A DNA stretch of 64,000 bases, taken from IMG/VR virus record IMGVR_UViG_3300021197_001743, positions 1 to 64,000 of that record. The stretch is one strand, 5' to 3'. The notes under the pieces are model-generated. The model was not told the origin of the DNA and made no database searches. It worked only from the letters and a program-made list of their open reading frames with translations. The DNA is from a virus. Below, piece after piece: positions 40,021 through 48,506 of this stretch. Every line of letters begins with the position of its first letter. The stretch's first letter is position 1. Position numbers and translations under genes: made by a program.

Positions 40021-40870
40021 TATTTTTAAAGATCAAGCGAGACCAATTGTCCGCGAAAACGTTAGACCAACACTAAAAAAGTACATTGAAGCCTTAGGGT
40101 ATGCGTTCCCAAAGAAAGCACATGTATTTGAAAATTTCCACACAGTGGGAAGCACAGGTAAAAAAGAAGTATCAGGGGATATGGATTTAGCCATTGATTT
40201 TAAGCATTTTTTCGATGACGAACCATATAACGACAAAGAACTAAGGGAGTATCTAATTGACCCGCAGGAATGGAGAAAGCTCTACGAAAAAACAAAATCT
40301 AGGGCAAGAACTGCTACGGACAACATGTGTAAACTCAAGGCTTTTTTGAAGTTAATATCTGCACCAATTGCCTCAACGGGCCTTATTCAAGTTGCAAATA
40401 AGAAAACCACTACCGGAAACATCTTTACATTGTTTTCTCAATACGACTATTATGGCGAAAGGAACCATGGTGTTCAGATTGATTGGATGATAGGGGACCT
40501 TCCATGGTTAAAGTTTGCTTATCATTCTTCCGAAACCGGTCAGATGAAGGGCTTGCACAGAACTCAGTTGATAGTAGCAATGTTATCCGCAAAAGGGTAC
40601 ACATTCTCACACACCACTGGTATCAAGGATAAAGACAGCAACTCTTTCGTTGCAACTACGCCAAAAGAAGCCAGAGATTTATTAACAAAATTATATGGAA
40701 GCATCACACCAGAAGACCTTGAAAACTACAAGAATCTGCATAGTTATCTCGAATACAATTCCTCACCAGAGGATTATAAAAGCGCTATTCAATGTTATAT
40801 AAGAATTCTTACTGTTTCAAAAGCCAGAATACCAATGAATATTAGGGGTTTGATCGATGAAAACCCTTGA
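40010..40870 (+). CDS. Pol-beta-superfamily nucleotidyltransferase-like protein
   Basis: VGSTGKKEVSGDMDLAID (GS...DxD) plus a third Asp in VQIDWM. Confidence 0.65.
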   Translation: MGGNIFKDQARPIVRENVRPTLKKYIEALGYAFPKKAHVFENFHTVGSTGKKEVSGDMDLAIDFKHFFDDEPYNDKELREYLIDPQEWRKLYEKTKSRARTATDNMCKLKAFLKLISAPIASTGLIQVANKKTTTGNIFTLFSQYDYYGERNHGVQIDWMIGDLPWLKFAYHSSETGQMKGLHRTQLIVAMLSAKGYTFSHTTGIKDKDSNSFVATTPKEARDLLTKLYGSITPEDLENYKNLHSYLEYNSSPEDYKSAIQCYIRILTVSKARIPMNIRGLIDENP

Positions 40871-41069
40871 TCTTCATGGTCTGAGGCACTGGGAAGCCGA
40901 GACCGTACTACACAATTTCATTAATGAAAACTGGAATCAGGAAATGAGGGTCATAACAGGCAACTCATCATTGATGAAAGACCTAGTGTGTTCAATATTA
41001 AATTTTTATAAATTAGATTTTACACTTGACAACCTAAGAAATATGGGTTATATTACAATAAAGAAGTAA
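40857..41069 (+). CDS. Stand-alone Smr/MutS2-domain protein
   Basis: LDLHGL...A...VITGNS motifs. Confidence 0.75.
   Translation: MKTLDLHGLRHWEAETVLHNFINENWNQEMRVITGNSSLMKDLVCSILNFYKLDFTLDNLRNMGYITIKK
41026..41054 (+). promoter_or_regulatory. sigma70-type promoter
   Basis: TTGACA-17-TATATT inside the 3' end of the Smr gene; GGAGGACA RBS before 41084. Confidence 0.7.
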
Positions 41070-41083
41070 ACATTGGAGGACAT

Positions 41084-44000
41084 ATGACTACTTTTGCACA
41101 CATATCTGACACACACATCCGGAATCTTAAATATCATGAAGAATATCGGATTGTATTTAAGCAAATCTACGACAAATTACAGCAAGACTGTCCGGACTAT
41201 ATTATCCATACTGGTGATATGGCTCACACAAAGACACAGTTGTCACCAGAATATTTCGAATTAACATCAGATTTTTTAAAGAACTTAGCTGACATCGCTC
41301 CAACTTATATTATTCTTGGAAACCATGATGGTAACCTTAAGAACGAAAACCGACAAGATGCTATTACGCCAATCATAGACGCGCTTCAGCATCCAAACTT
41401 ACACCTTTTAAAAGACTCAGGTGAGACCCAGTTGACAGACTCGATCTGCCTTAATGTCCTCTCTGTGTTTGATCGAGACAACTGGGTGCCTCCCTCTGAT
41501 AAATCCATGGTAAACATTGCGCTTTACCATGGTGCTATCATGGGGTGCCAAGTTTCTGATGGTTGGGCCCTTGAGAATGGCGAAGATGACGTTAATGTGT
41601 TTAAAGATTTTGATTTTGCTATGCTCGGCGACATACATAAGACACAACACCTAGACGAAGAAAAACGGGTTTGGTATGCTGGCTCAACCGTCCAACAGAA
41701 TTTTGGAGAGTCGTTGGGAAAAGGATATCTTCTTTGGAACATTCGAGATAAAGATAGTTTTACTGTTGAGAAGAGATTTTTTATGTCTCCTCGTCCGTTT
41801 GTAACTGTTGAAATTAATCAAGACGGAACTCTGCCAAAAGTAGATGTCCCTAGGAACGCTCGATTAAGATTGGTCTCAAACTACAACCTTCCTTTGGTTA
41901 AATTAAGGAGAGCCTGCGAGTACGCTAAAATAACTTGGAAGCCGTATACGGTGAACTTTATTAACAAAGCCGGCTATTCTTCAAAGACTGTTGTGGAAAA
42001 CAACGGTGAGCGCATTAATATGCGGGACCAAAATACCCAAGAGAAATATATTAAAGCATTCCTCTCAGACAAAGAAATATCCGACGAAGTACTGGACAGA
42101 GTCTTAGAACTAAACCGTAAATATTCTAAGCAAATTGAAGGTTCCGAAGATGTATCAAGAAATATTGTTTGGAAATTACGTAAAATGAAGTGGAACAACC
42201 TATTTAACTACGGCGAAAAAAATGAAATTGATTTTGACAAGCTCAATGGGCTGGTCGGGATCTTCGGTAAGAATTACTCCGGAAAATCTAGCATTATAGA
42301 TGCTGCACTTTTTGGATTATTCAATGTAACGTCGAAAGGGGAAAGAAAAAATGTCCATATTATTAATCAAAATAAGCAAAAATCTAAGTGTCAACTCGAG
42401 ATTGGAGTCGGTGATGATACCTACACAATTACAAGAAATCTTGAACGATATGAAAAAAACCTCAAAGGAGTAAAAACCAAAGAGGCAAGAACTGAATTGG
42501 ACTTTTCGTATTATAGTCTTGGTGAGCATTTTGAGAGCAAAAACGGCACAACAAGAACCAGTACAGACAAGAATATTCAGAAAACATTTGGGACCTTTAG
42601 TGACTTCATGATCACCTCAATGGCTTCCCAAACAGATGCCTTTGGGTTTATCAATGAAGGATCAACAAAGCGCAAAGAGATACTCGCTAAGTTTCTTGAT
42701 TTAAAAATGTTTGAAGCAAAACACAAGCTGGCTAAGAAAGATTCATCTGAGATTAAAGGGGTGATTAAACACTTGACTTCACTAGATTGGAGAAAGAAAC
42801 TTCAATGGTCTCGTGAAGCATTGATAGAAATCAAAGAAGAAGTAGCTGGTCAAACAAGGTTGTGCGATAAGCACTCTACTAGAGTTAAGGTTCTAGAAGA
42901 AGAAAGAAAAATAATTCAAAATCAATTGGATTCCGTTGGAACTGATTGGGTTGACATTGATGAATTGAATACTAGCCTTTTAAGGAAGCAAAACAGCCTC
43001 TCCTTGGCTTCAGAGTCGTTAATCAATGGTGCGCGCAAGCTAAAGAAACTAAACGCCTTAAAGATACGTTTACGGTCTTTTATTGAGAACTTTGATGTTG
43101 CAAATTGCAAAGATCAAATTGAAAAACATAAGGGTCTCTTGAAAGACGTTTCAATTATAGAAAGACATATTCGTTCAACCAAGATGGAAATAACCAACTA
43201 TCAAAACAAAATTGATTTACTTCATGACCATGAGTATGATCCTGACTGCGAATATTGCTCCAATAATCAGTTCGTCAAAGAGGCAGAGGAAGCAAAAACT
43301 TTAATTGAACAATCTAAAGAAGCTCTAAAAGGTTTCGAGCATGATTTGGGACTGGCTAACGAGAAGAAAGAAGCAATAAATATTGTTTATATCCAAGCAA
43401 AATTGGATGACTACAACGTAAAGTTCAGAGAGGTAAAAACGAATGAAGTCCAAATACAAAAGATCAAAGCGCAAACTGACGCAAACGAGAGTAAGAAGGC
43501 TCTTGCGGCAAAAGAAATCGAAGAGATTAATGCAAAAATTGTTCACTATCGTGAGAACCAAGAAGCGTATGAAAACCTCGAGTCGCTCCAGCGAGACCTA
43601 AAAGCAATCAATACCACTATCGAAAAGAAAACAAAAGATATAGAGCACTGCAACAGAAAGGTCCTAAGTCTTATGTCAGAAGAGGGCGCAACCCGGAGAC
43701 AAATAGAAGAAGCTCGAGAAAAGATCCAACAGATTGATGATGCAGAAAAAGACTTTATTGCTTATGATTTATTCGGACAAGCTATGCATCCTAATGGAGT
43801 ATCTTATCAGGTGATCAAATCAATGCTCCCCATTATTAATGCAGAAATCTCTACGATCCTTAATACTCTTGTTAACTTTGAAGTTTTCTTTGACAATGTT
43901 GGAGACAAACTAGAAATTTACATTAAGCACCCCAAGTATGATCCTCGGCCATTATCGATGGGATCAGGAGCCGAGAAGACAATTGCATCTATGGCTATTC

Positions 44001-44233
44001 GACTAGCACTAATATCTGTGACTAATTTACCGAAAAGCGAACTATTTATACTTGACGAACCAGCAACAGCATTGGACGAAGAGCATATGGAAGGCTTTAT
44101 ACGGCTTCTTCAAATGATCAAAGGACAATTCAAGACGGTTCTATTGATTTCCCATCTCGAATCTCTCAAAGATATTGTCGACATGACAATTGACATTCAG
44201 AAAGTAGATGGCTATGCAAAGGTAAAAATATAA
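41084..44233 (+). CDS. Fused SbcD-SbcC (Mre11-Rad50; T4 gp47-gp46) recombination nuclease/ATPase
   Basis: HISDTH, HTGD, GNHD, GDIH phosphoesterase motifs; Walker A GKNYSGKSS, CEYC zinc hook, GSGAE signature, Walker B ILDEP, ISH. Confidence 0.92.
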   Translation: MTTFAHISDTHIRNLKYHEEYRIVFKQIYDKLQQDCPDYIIHTGDMAHTKTQLSPEYFELTSDFLKNLADIAPTYIILGNHDGNLKNENRQDAITPIIDALQHPNLHLLKDSGETQLTDSICLNVLSVFDRDNWVPPSDKSMVNIALYHGAIMGCQVSDGWALENGEDDVNVFKDFDFAMLGDIHKTQHLDEEKRVWYAGSTVQQNFGESLGKGYLLWNIRDKDSFTVEKRFFMSPRPFVTVEINQDGTLPKVDVPRNARLRLVSNYNLPLVKLRRACEYAKITWKPYTVNFINKAGYSSKTVVENNGERINMRDQNTQEKYIKAFLSDKEISDEVLDRVLELNRKYSKQIEGSEDVSRNIVWKLRKMKWNNLFNYGEKNEIDFDKLNGLVGIFGKNYSGKSSIIDAALFGLFNVTSKGERKNVHIINQNKQKSKCQLEIGVGDDTYTITRNLERYEKNLKGVKTKEARTELDFSYYSLGEHFESKNGTTRTSTDKNIQKTFGTFSDFMITSMASQTDAFGFINEGSTKRKEILAKFLDLKMFEAKHKLAKKDSSEIKGVIKHLTSLDWRKKLQWSREALIEIKEEVAGQTRLCDKHSTRVKVLEEERKIIQNQLDSVGTDWVDIDELNTSLLRKQNSLSLASESLINGARKLKKLNALKIRLRSFIENFDVANCKDQIEKHKGLLKDVSIIERHIRSTKMEITNYQNKIDLLHDHEYDPDCEYCSNNQFVKEAEEAKTLIEQSKEALKGFEHDLGLANEKKEAINIVYIQAKLDDYNVKFREVKTNEVQIQKIKAQTDANESKKALAAKEIEEINAKIVHYRENQEAYENLESLQRDLKAINTTIEKKTKDIEHCNRKVLSLMSEEGATRRQIEEAREKIQQIDDAEKDFIAYDLFGQAMHPNGVSYQVIKSMLPIINAEISTILNTLVNFEVFFDNVGDKLEIYIKHPKYDPRPLSMGSGAEKTIASMAIRLALISVTNLPKSELFILDEPATALDEEHMEGFIRLLQMIKGQFKTVLLISHLESLKDIVDMTIDIQKVDGYAKVKI

Positions 44234-44562
44234 TGAAAATTACAAAAGAACAATTGAAACAAATTATCAAGGAAGAACTGGAGTCTGTGTTGGAAGGAAC
44301 TTACGATCATACAGATGGCCCAATGGAAAAAATGGTGATAAACATTAACAACGCTATTGTTAATGCTCGTGCACCCGGTAATATAGCAGCAGACCGGAAG
44401 CAAGAAGCCGGCATGCATTTAAAAAAACTATTAGATCAAGGAATGGACATTCAGCAAATTAAACAACAAGCATATGAAATGATGCAAGCGAGAGGCTGGA
44501 AAGGAAATAAACTTGACGCTGGTTTTGAAATCCTTAGAGAACTTGGAGATCAGATACAATGA
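44233..44562 (+). CDS. Leader-family protein 4 (MKITKEQLKQIIKEELESVLE)
   Basis: Shared leader; TAATG overlap with sbcDC. Confidence 0.6.
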   Translation: MKITKEQLKQIIKEELESVLEGTYDHTDGPMEKMVININNAIVNARAPGNIAADRKQEAGMHLKKLLDQGMDIQQIKQQAYEMMQARGWKGNKLDAGFEILRELGDQIQ

Positions 44563-44798
44563 ATGAAGAAAAGAAAGTAATGATTCAAAATGAATTATAC
44601 ATTAAGAATAAAGATAAAGGAATTCTAGATTCCATACAAGAAAAAGTTGCAAGTCGAAAGTTGCTCGTGTTTCTCACGGCAACCGGCTTGATGCTATGGG
44701 CACAACTGGACCCAGACATTTGGGGAATGATTGCAGTTTGCTACATTGGTGGTCAATCTGTTATTGATTTCGCAAAATCGTGGAAGCACGGAGGATAA
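44559..44798 (+). CDS. Small two-TM membrane protein, holin-like
   Basis: SRKLLVFLTATGLMLW and IWGMIAVCYIGGQSVID hydrophobic segments. Confidence 0.45.
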   Translation: MNEEKKVMIQNELYIKNKDKGILDSIQEKVASRKLLVFLTATGLMLWAQLDPDIWGMIAVCYIGGQSVIDFAKSWKHGG

Positions 44799-44802
44799 AG
44801 GA

Positions 44803-45171
44803 ATGAAAATAACCAAACAACAACTAAAACAAATTATCAAGGAAGAACTGGAATCTGTTTTCGAGACCTTTGGATCTAAAGCGGATACGCCGGAAACAAT
44901 CGCCCTGAGGCAGAAGGAAAGAGAGGAAGATGCTCTCACTGCTGATCGTGATGACGTTGACGAATATGTCCTTTGGGAACTAGATAAGCTTGAAGAAGAA
45001 GCCTTACTTCACTACGAGAAAAACCGCAGTGAGGAAGAAACAAAAGCATTAATGATGCCTCGAATCGAGGCTGAACTGGATCAAGATGATCACCCTGACA
45101 AGGCGGAAGAAGTTTGGGATTTTATTTGGAATAATATAGAGATTCAATTCAATCTAAAGAGTCAATTCTAA
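44803..45171 (+). CDS. Leader-family protein 5 (MKITKQQLKQIIKEELESVFE)
   Basis: Probable start is ATG 44803 after GGAGG, inside ORF 44731; acidic body. Confidence 0.6.
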   Translation: MKITKQQLKQIIKEELESVFETFGSKADTPETIALRQKEREEDALTADRDDVDEYVLWELDKLEEEALLHYEKNRSEEETKALMMPRIEAELDQDDHPDKAEEVWDFIWNNIEIQFNLKSQF

Positions 45172-45572
45172 TGAAAATCGCTTGGGCTAAAATAAAACTA
45201 TGGTGCTTTCATAACTGGAGAATTCTGGTTATTGTGGGCGCCATAGTTTTGGCTTATGCTCTCGGAGGCAAGAAAGTCAAAGCACTCCAAACTCAATTAC
45301 AAATGGCTCGAGAGCTTTATAAGAAAGAAGCCGATGCGATTGAAGGTGCCTCCCAAAAGAAAACAGAAATGCAAACCGAAGCCAACATTAAATACAAACG
45401 CGCTTTAGAGATTGCAAACGAAACAGCAACAAAAGAAAATACTCGTGCTGCATTTGGTAAATCTAAAAGAGTAAAAGAATTAATAGAGATTAACAAAGAC
45501 AACCCTGAAGCAATTGATAAGATTTTATCTGAAGAGTTTGGGATTATTATAATGACACCCGGAGACAAGTAA
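45171..45572 (+). CDS. N-terminal TM + coiled-coil protein (i-spanin-like)
   Basis: ILVIVGAIVLAYALGG helix followed by a long helical region. Confidence 0.45.
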   Translation: MKIAWAKIKLWCFHNWRILVIVGAIVLAYALGGKKVKALQTQLQMARELYKKEADAIEGASQKKTEMQTEANIKYKRALEIANETATKENTRAAFGKSKRVKELIEINKDNPEAIDKILSEEFGIIIMTPGDK

Positions 45573-45964
45573 TGAAACTCACAGAGAAAAAACTTAAGCA
45601 GATGATTGAAGAAGCAATGAACCAACCTTGCGAGGATATTGATCCGAACATAAAAAGTTTAATCCTATCCGGAGAAAAAGAGCAAATTATCCAAGGGTTC
45701 GAATTGTACTCAATGGTTACCGACTTGGACATTGATCTGGATGTACATGGCGGGACACCCAATGGTGAAATTCCTGATCCTCGCGTGCACATTAGTGTCG
45801 AAGGACCTGATTGGCAGAAGTTTATGGAATGTTTTCGTATTGATAAATTAATTAGCGAAAGATCAAGACTCTTGTTTATCAAAGTAGAAAAAATGAAAAT
45901 GGCATTTGTCCCTACGGGAATGAGATATAATGTTTTCAAGAAGCACTTTGCTGGGTCGGAATGA
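45572..45964 (+). CDS. Leader-family protein 6 (MKLTEKKLKQMIEEAM)
   Basis: Shared leader; TAATG overlap. Confidence 0.6.
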   Translation: MKLTEKKLKQMIEEAMNQPCEDIDPNIKSLILSGEKEQIIQGFELYSMVTDLDIDLDVHGGTPNGEIPDPRVHISVEGPDWQKFMECFRIDKLISERSRLLFIKVEKMKMAFVPTGMRYNVFKKHFAGSE

Positions 45965-46371
45965 TACTATTATTGCTCTCTACAGCGTTTGCAGAGCCAA
46001 TGCTCATTCACCTCAAAGAAGGCGACGTAGCACCCTTTAACGGCCGTCTAATGAACGATGAGGCAGTAGCCAACATTATTGCTGGTCGAGAGATGTCAAT
46101 GGAACAGTGTGAGATCCAAAAAGAGCTTGCAATTTCATTAACAAAAGCGGAACTACAATTAGAAATAGACTATTTAAAAGCAGAGTTGGAAACAGAAACA
46201 GAAAAGAACGCAACTCTATTGGAACTTCGAGATCAAGAGATTTCATCGCTCCGAAAAGAAATAAAACCAAATAAAACCATGTGGGCTTTCTTCGGAGGCT
46301 TTTTGCTTGCGACAGGGACATCACTGGGAACATACTACGCCGTGAGGGAAATCGATGCGAATAACCAGTGA
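45961..46371 (+). CDS. Signal peptide + coiled coil + C-terminal TM protein (spanin-like)
   Basis: MILLLLSTAFA|EP signal, coiled coil, WAFFGGFLLATGTSLGTYYAV. Confidence 0.45.
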   Translation: MILLLLSTAFAEPMLIHLKEGDVAPFNGRLMNDEAVANIIAGREMSMEQCEIQKELAISLTKAELQLEIDYLKAELETETEKNATLLELRDQEISSLRKEIKPNKTMWAFFGGFLLATGTSLGTYYAVREIDANNQ

Positions 46372-46377
46372 GGTATC

Positions 46378-46755
46378 ATGAAAGACAAAGACCCAAACTA
46401 CGCCGTTAAAGTAGAACAGGCAATTGCGAAGAAATACGGAAAAGAAACAGTTGTAAATCCCAAATCTCAATGGGATAATGAGAAAGAGAAAGAATATCTC
46501 GAGCAACTTAAAGAAACTTACTCCCCGGATGCAGACACAGAAGATCTAGACAAAGAAGAGATCTATGGCGTTTTTATCCCCTCAAAACTACTTAAAGAAG
46601 AATCTAAGCGTTCTTGTCCTGTTTGTAGCACTTATTCATTTAAATCAAATGATGATGTCTACATGACCAAATTTGATTGTTGCAATAAATGCTATATACA
46701 ATGGGTTGAGGATCGTGAGGAACGTTGGATCAATGGTTGGAGGCCAAATAAATGA
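46378..46755 (+). CDS. hypothetical zinc-binding protein
   Basis: CPVC...CCNKC; GAGG RBS. Confidence 0.6.
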   Translation: MKDKDPNYAVKVEQAIAKKYGKETVVNPKSQWDNEKEKEYLEQLKETYSPDADTEDLDKEEIYGVFIPSKLLKEESKRSCPVCSTYSFKSNDDVYMTKFDCCNKCYIQWVEDREERWINGWRPNK

Positions 46756-47309
46756 GTGCAAAAACATTAGAAATTATTCAAGGGTTAGCCCAAGCTGCGG
46801 CGAATGCATACGATGGAGCTCACGATGAGCGATATAGTCTAGACGGACAGACGCACAATGTAGGACTTAACCGTGAAAATGGTCATCCAATACTAGACAA
46901 GAGAGTGAACGATGGCTTTGGTGTAAAGTTTTATGCTGACTCTGTTTGCATTACTTACCAAAGCGATGTCCGACTTGGAGATGTTAAAGATAGCAAGTTC
47001 GAGCAGGAAATGGAACGGATGCTTAATGAAGTTAAAAAATTCCTACAGAGGGAATACAAATCCATAACAGGCAATGGCATTACTCTTAAAAAGAAAGGCG
47101 AGCCAAAGATCATTGTACAAAGCACTTCGCGAGTTAGAACTTTTGTACAAGCATATCAGCACTATACAATTTCAGGCATTAAAGATATGGATGCTTTGTT
47201 AGAACCCAGCCGCTCTTCTGAAAACGATGTTATCAAGAAATTCTTGGAGCAACATTCAACCAAGAGACCACAAAACGAAAAAATTAAAAAAGGTGCAAAT
47301 CAAAAATGA
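46752..47309 (+). CDS. hypothetical protein
   Basis: Operonic ORF abutting both neighbours. Confidence 0.6.
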   Translation: MSAKTLEIIQGLAQAAANAYDGAHDERYSLDGQTHNVGLNRENGHPILDKRVNDGFGVKFYADSVCITYQSDVRLGDVKDSKFEQEMERMLNEVKKFLQREYKSITGNGITLKKKGEPKIIVQSTSRVRTFVQAYQHYTISGIKDMDALLEPSRSSENDVIKKFLEQHSTKRPQNEKIKKGANQK

Positions 47310-47830
47310 ATCTTACAAGCGAAGAACTAAAGCAAATTATTCGAGAAGAATTACGTGCCATTCTGAGTGAGAACCGCGGTCAATTAGCTACTAGTGTTAT
47401 TGATACTGTTCGGAGATACATTCCTCAGAAGAACAGGTTTGAAAAACGAAAGTTCGACAAGCTTTTTTGGCAAGAGGGCCCTTTTATTATAACATACAGG
47501 AGAGACCCTGTAATGCTGCACGTTCCAGCAGTTTCGGCAACCGCAGCAGGGACGTCAACTGGCTTGGACTCTGTTTTCTATTACTCCAAGGACGCATTAG
47601 AGGGTCTTATGACACGTGATGGAAAGGATGAAGGCGACACATTATACTTTGGAGAAGTGCTAGGTAAGGCTACTCGTGGAATGGGTGATCTTGTGGAACT
47701 ACCGCAAAGCGAGTTCTTAAATAAAATTGAAGAGCTTGGCGGCGAACCTTTTAATCTAAACCCAAAATCCCTGAAAAAAGTGTTGGGATCACAACATAAA
47801 TTATTCGAGAAAAAAGGAACAAAAAAATGA
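47306..47830 (+). CDS. Leader-family protein 7 (MNLTSEELKQIIREELRAILSE)
   Basis: Shared leader; ATGA overlap. Confidence 0.6.
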   Translation: MNLTSEELKQIIREELRAILSENRGQLATSVIDTVRRYIPQKNRFEKRKFDKLFWQEGPFIITYRRDPVMLHVPAVSATAAGTSTGLDSVFYYSKDALEGLMTRDGKDEGDTLYFGEVLGKATRGMGDLVELPQSEFLNKIEELGGEPFNLNPKSLKKVLGSQHKLFEKKGTKK

Positions 47831-48198
47831 AAATTACAAATCAACAACTAAAACAAATAATCCGAGAAGAACTGCGAAACGTTCTTGGAGGGCTTATCCT
47901 CGAGGGATTCGAAAAGGGCTCTTGGGCAATGGGCGTTGCTGGAAAAGAGGTGCCCGGCAAAGTTGAAATGCGCCAAAAATTAATTCTCCAAAGCCTTGGA
48001 GACAAAGCCAGAATCTGGAAACTTAGAGAGACCCCAGAAGGAGATGACCTTTTCGCTACCCTCGAACCGGGTAAATTTGTCAATACGAATCTCGACACGG
48101 TCAAGCCGTGGATCAATTCTCAAAACGCTGTCGGTGGTACCGGATCAGCGTTTTATCTTTCTCCTGAAGAACTCACGGCTATTGGGATTTCGATATGA
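47827..48198 (+). CDS. Leader-family protein 8 (MKITNQQLKQIIREELRNVL)
   Basis: Shared leader; ATGA overlap. Confidence 0.6.
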   Translation: MKITNQQLKQIIREELRNVLGGLILEGFEKGSWAMGVAGKEVPGKVEMRQKLILQSLGDKARIWKLRETPEGDDLFATLEPGKFVNTNLDTVKPWINSQNAVGGTGSAFYLSPEELTAIGISI

Positions 48199-48248
48199 AA
48201 CTTACAAATCAACAACTAAAACAAATAATCCGAGAAGAACTGCAAAAT
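47827..48248 (+). repeat. Near-identical ~50-bp leader-coding repeats (47827, 48195)
   Basis: ATGAAA(A/C)TTACAAATCAACAACTAAAACAAATAATCCGAGAAGAACTGC at both starts. Confidence 0.9.
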
Positions 48249-48494
48249 GTTCTTAGTGAAGGATCGATGAGCGATGCCAAAAAATCAATCGAGCAAGAAG
48301 TGGACGCCAGCAGTCACTGGCGGCGTAATAAATATCTGAAAGGATTTATGAGTCTGAAATATGTCTCCGGAAATCCTCCTGAAGATTATGTTTCATGGGT
48401 TCGAAACGCCGAGCAGGCCATGGAAGAAGGCTCTAATGAAGCATCGGAAGCATATTACCTTGTTAAGAAGCATATGAAAAAGGTGGGCGCCTAA
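48195..48494 (+). CDS. Leader-family protein 9 (MKLTNQQLKQIIREELQNVLSE)
   Basis: Shared leader; ATGA overlap. Confidence 0.6.
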   Translation: MKLTNQQLKQIIREELQNVLSEGSMSDAKKSIEQEVDASSHWRRNKYLKGFMSLKYVSGNPPEDYVSWVRNAEQAMEEGSNEASEAYYLVKKHMKKVGA

Positions 48495-48506
48495 CAAAGA
48501 GGTCAA

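Noticed and set aside
44731-44802. ORF-track upstream starts (44731; also 11928, 21993, 51985, 52781, 55129, 60733)
   Set aside because: Downstream ATGs have better RBS or coupling and avoid overlaps.
45171-45572. MKIAWAKIKLW start as another leader-family member
   Set aside because: Lacks the LKxIIxE core and runs into a TM helix.
36517-48250. Leader repeats as a CRISPR array or integron attC sites
   Set aside because: They are in-frame coding, non-palindromic and hundreds of bp apart, and no cas or integrase gene is in the window.
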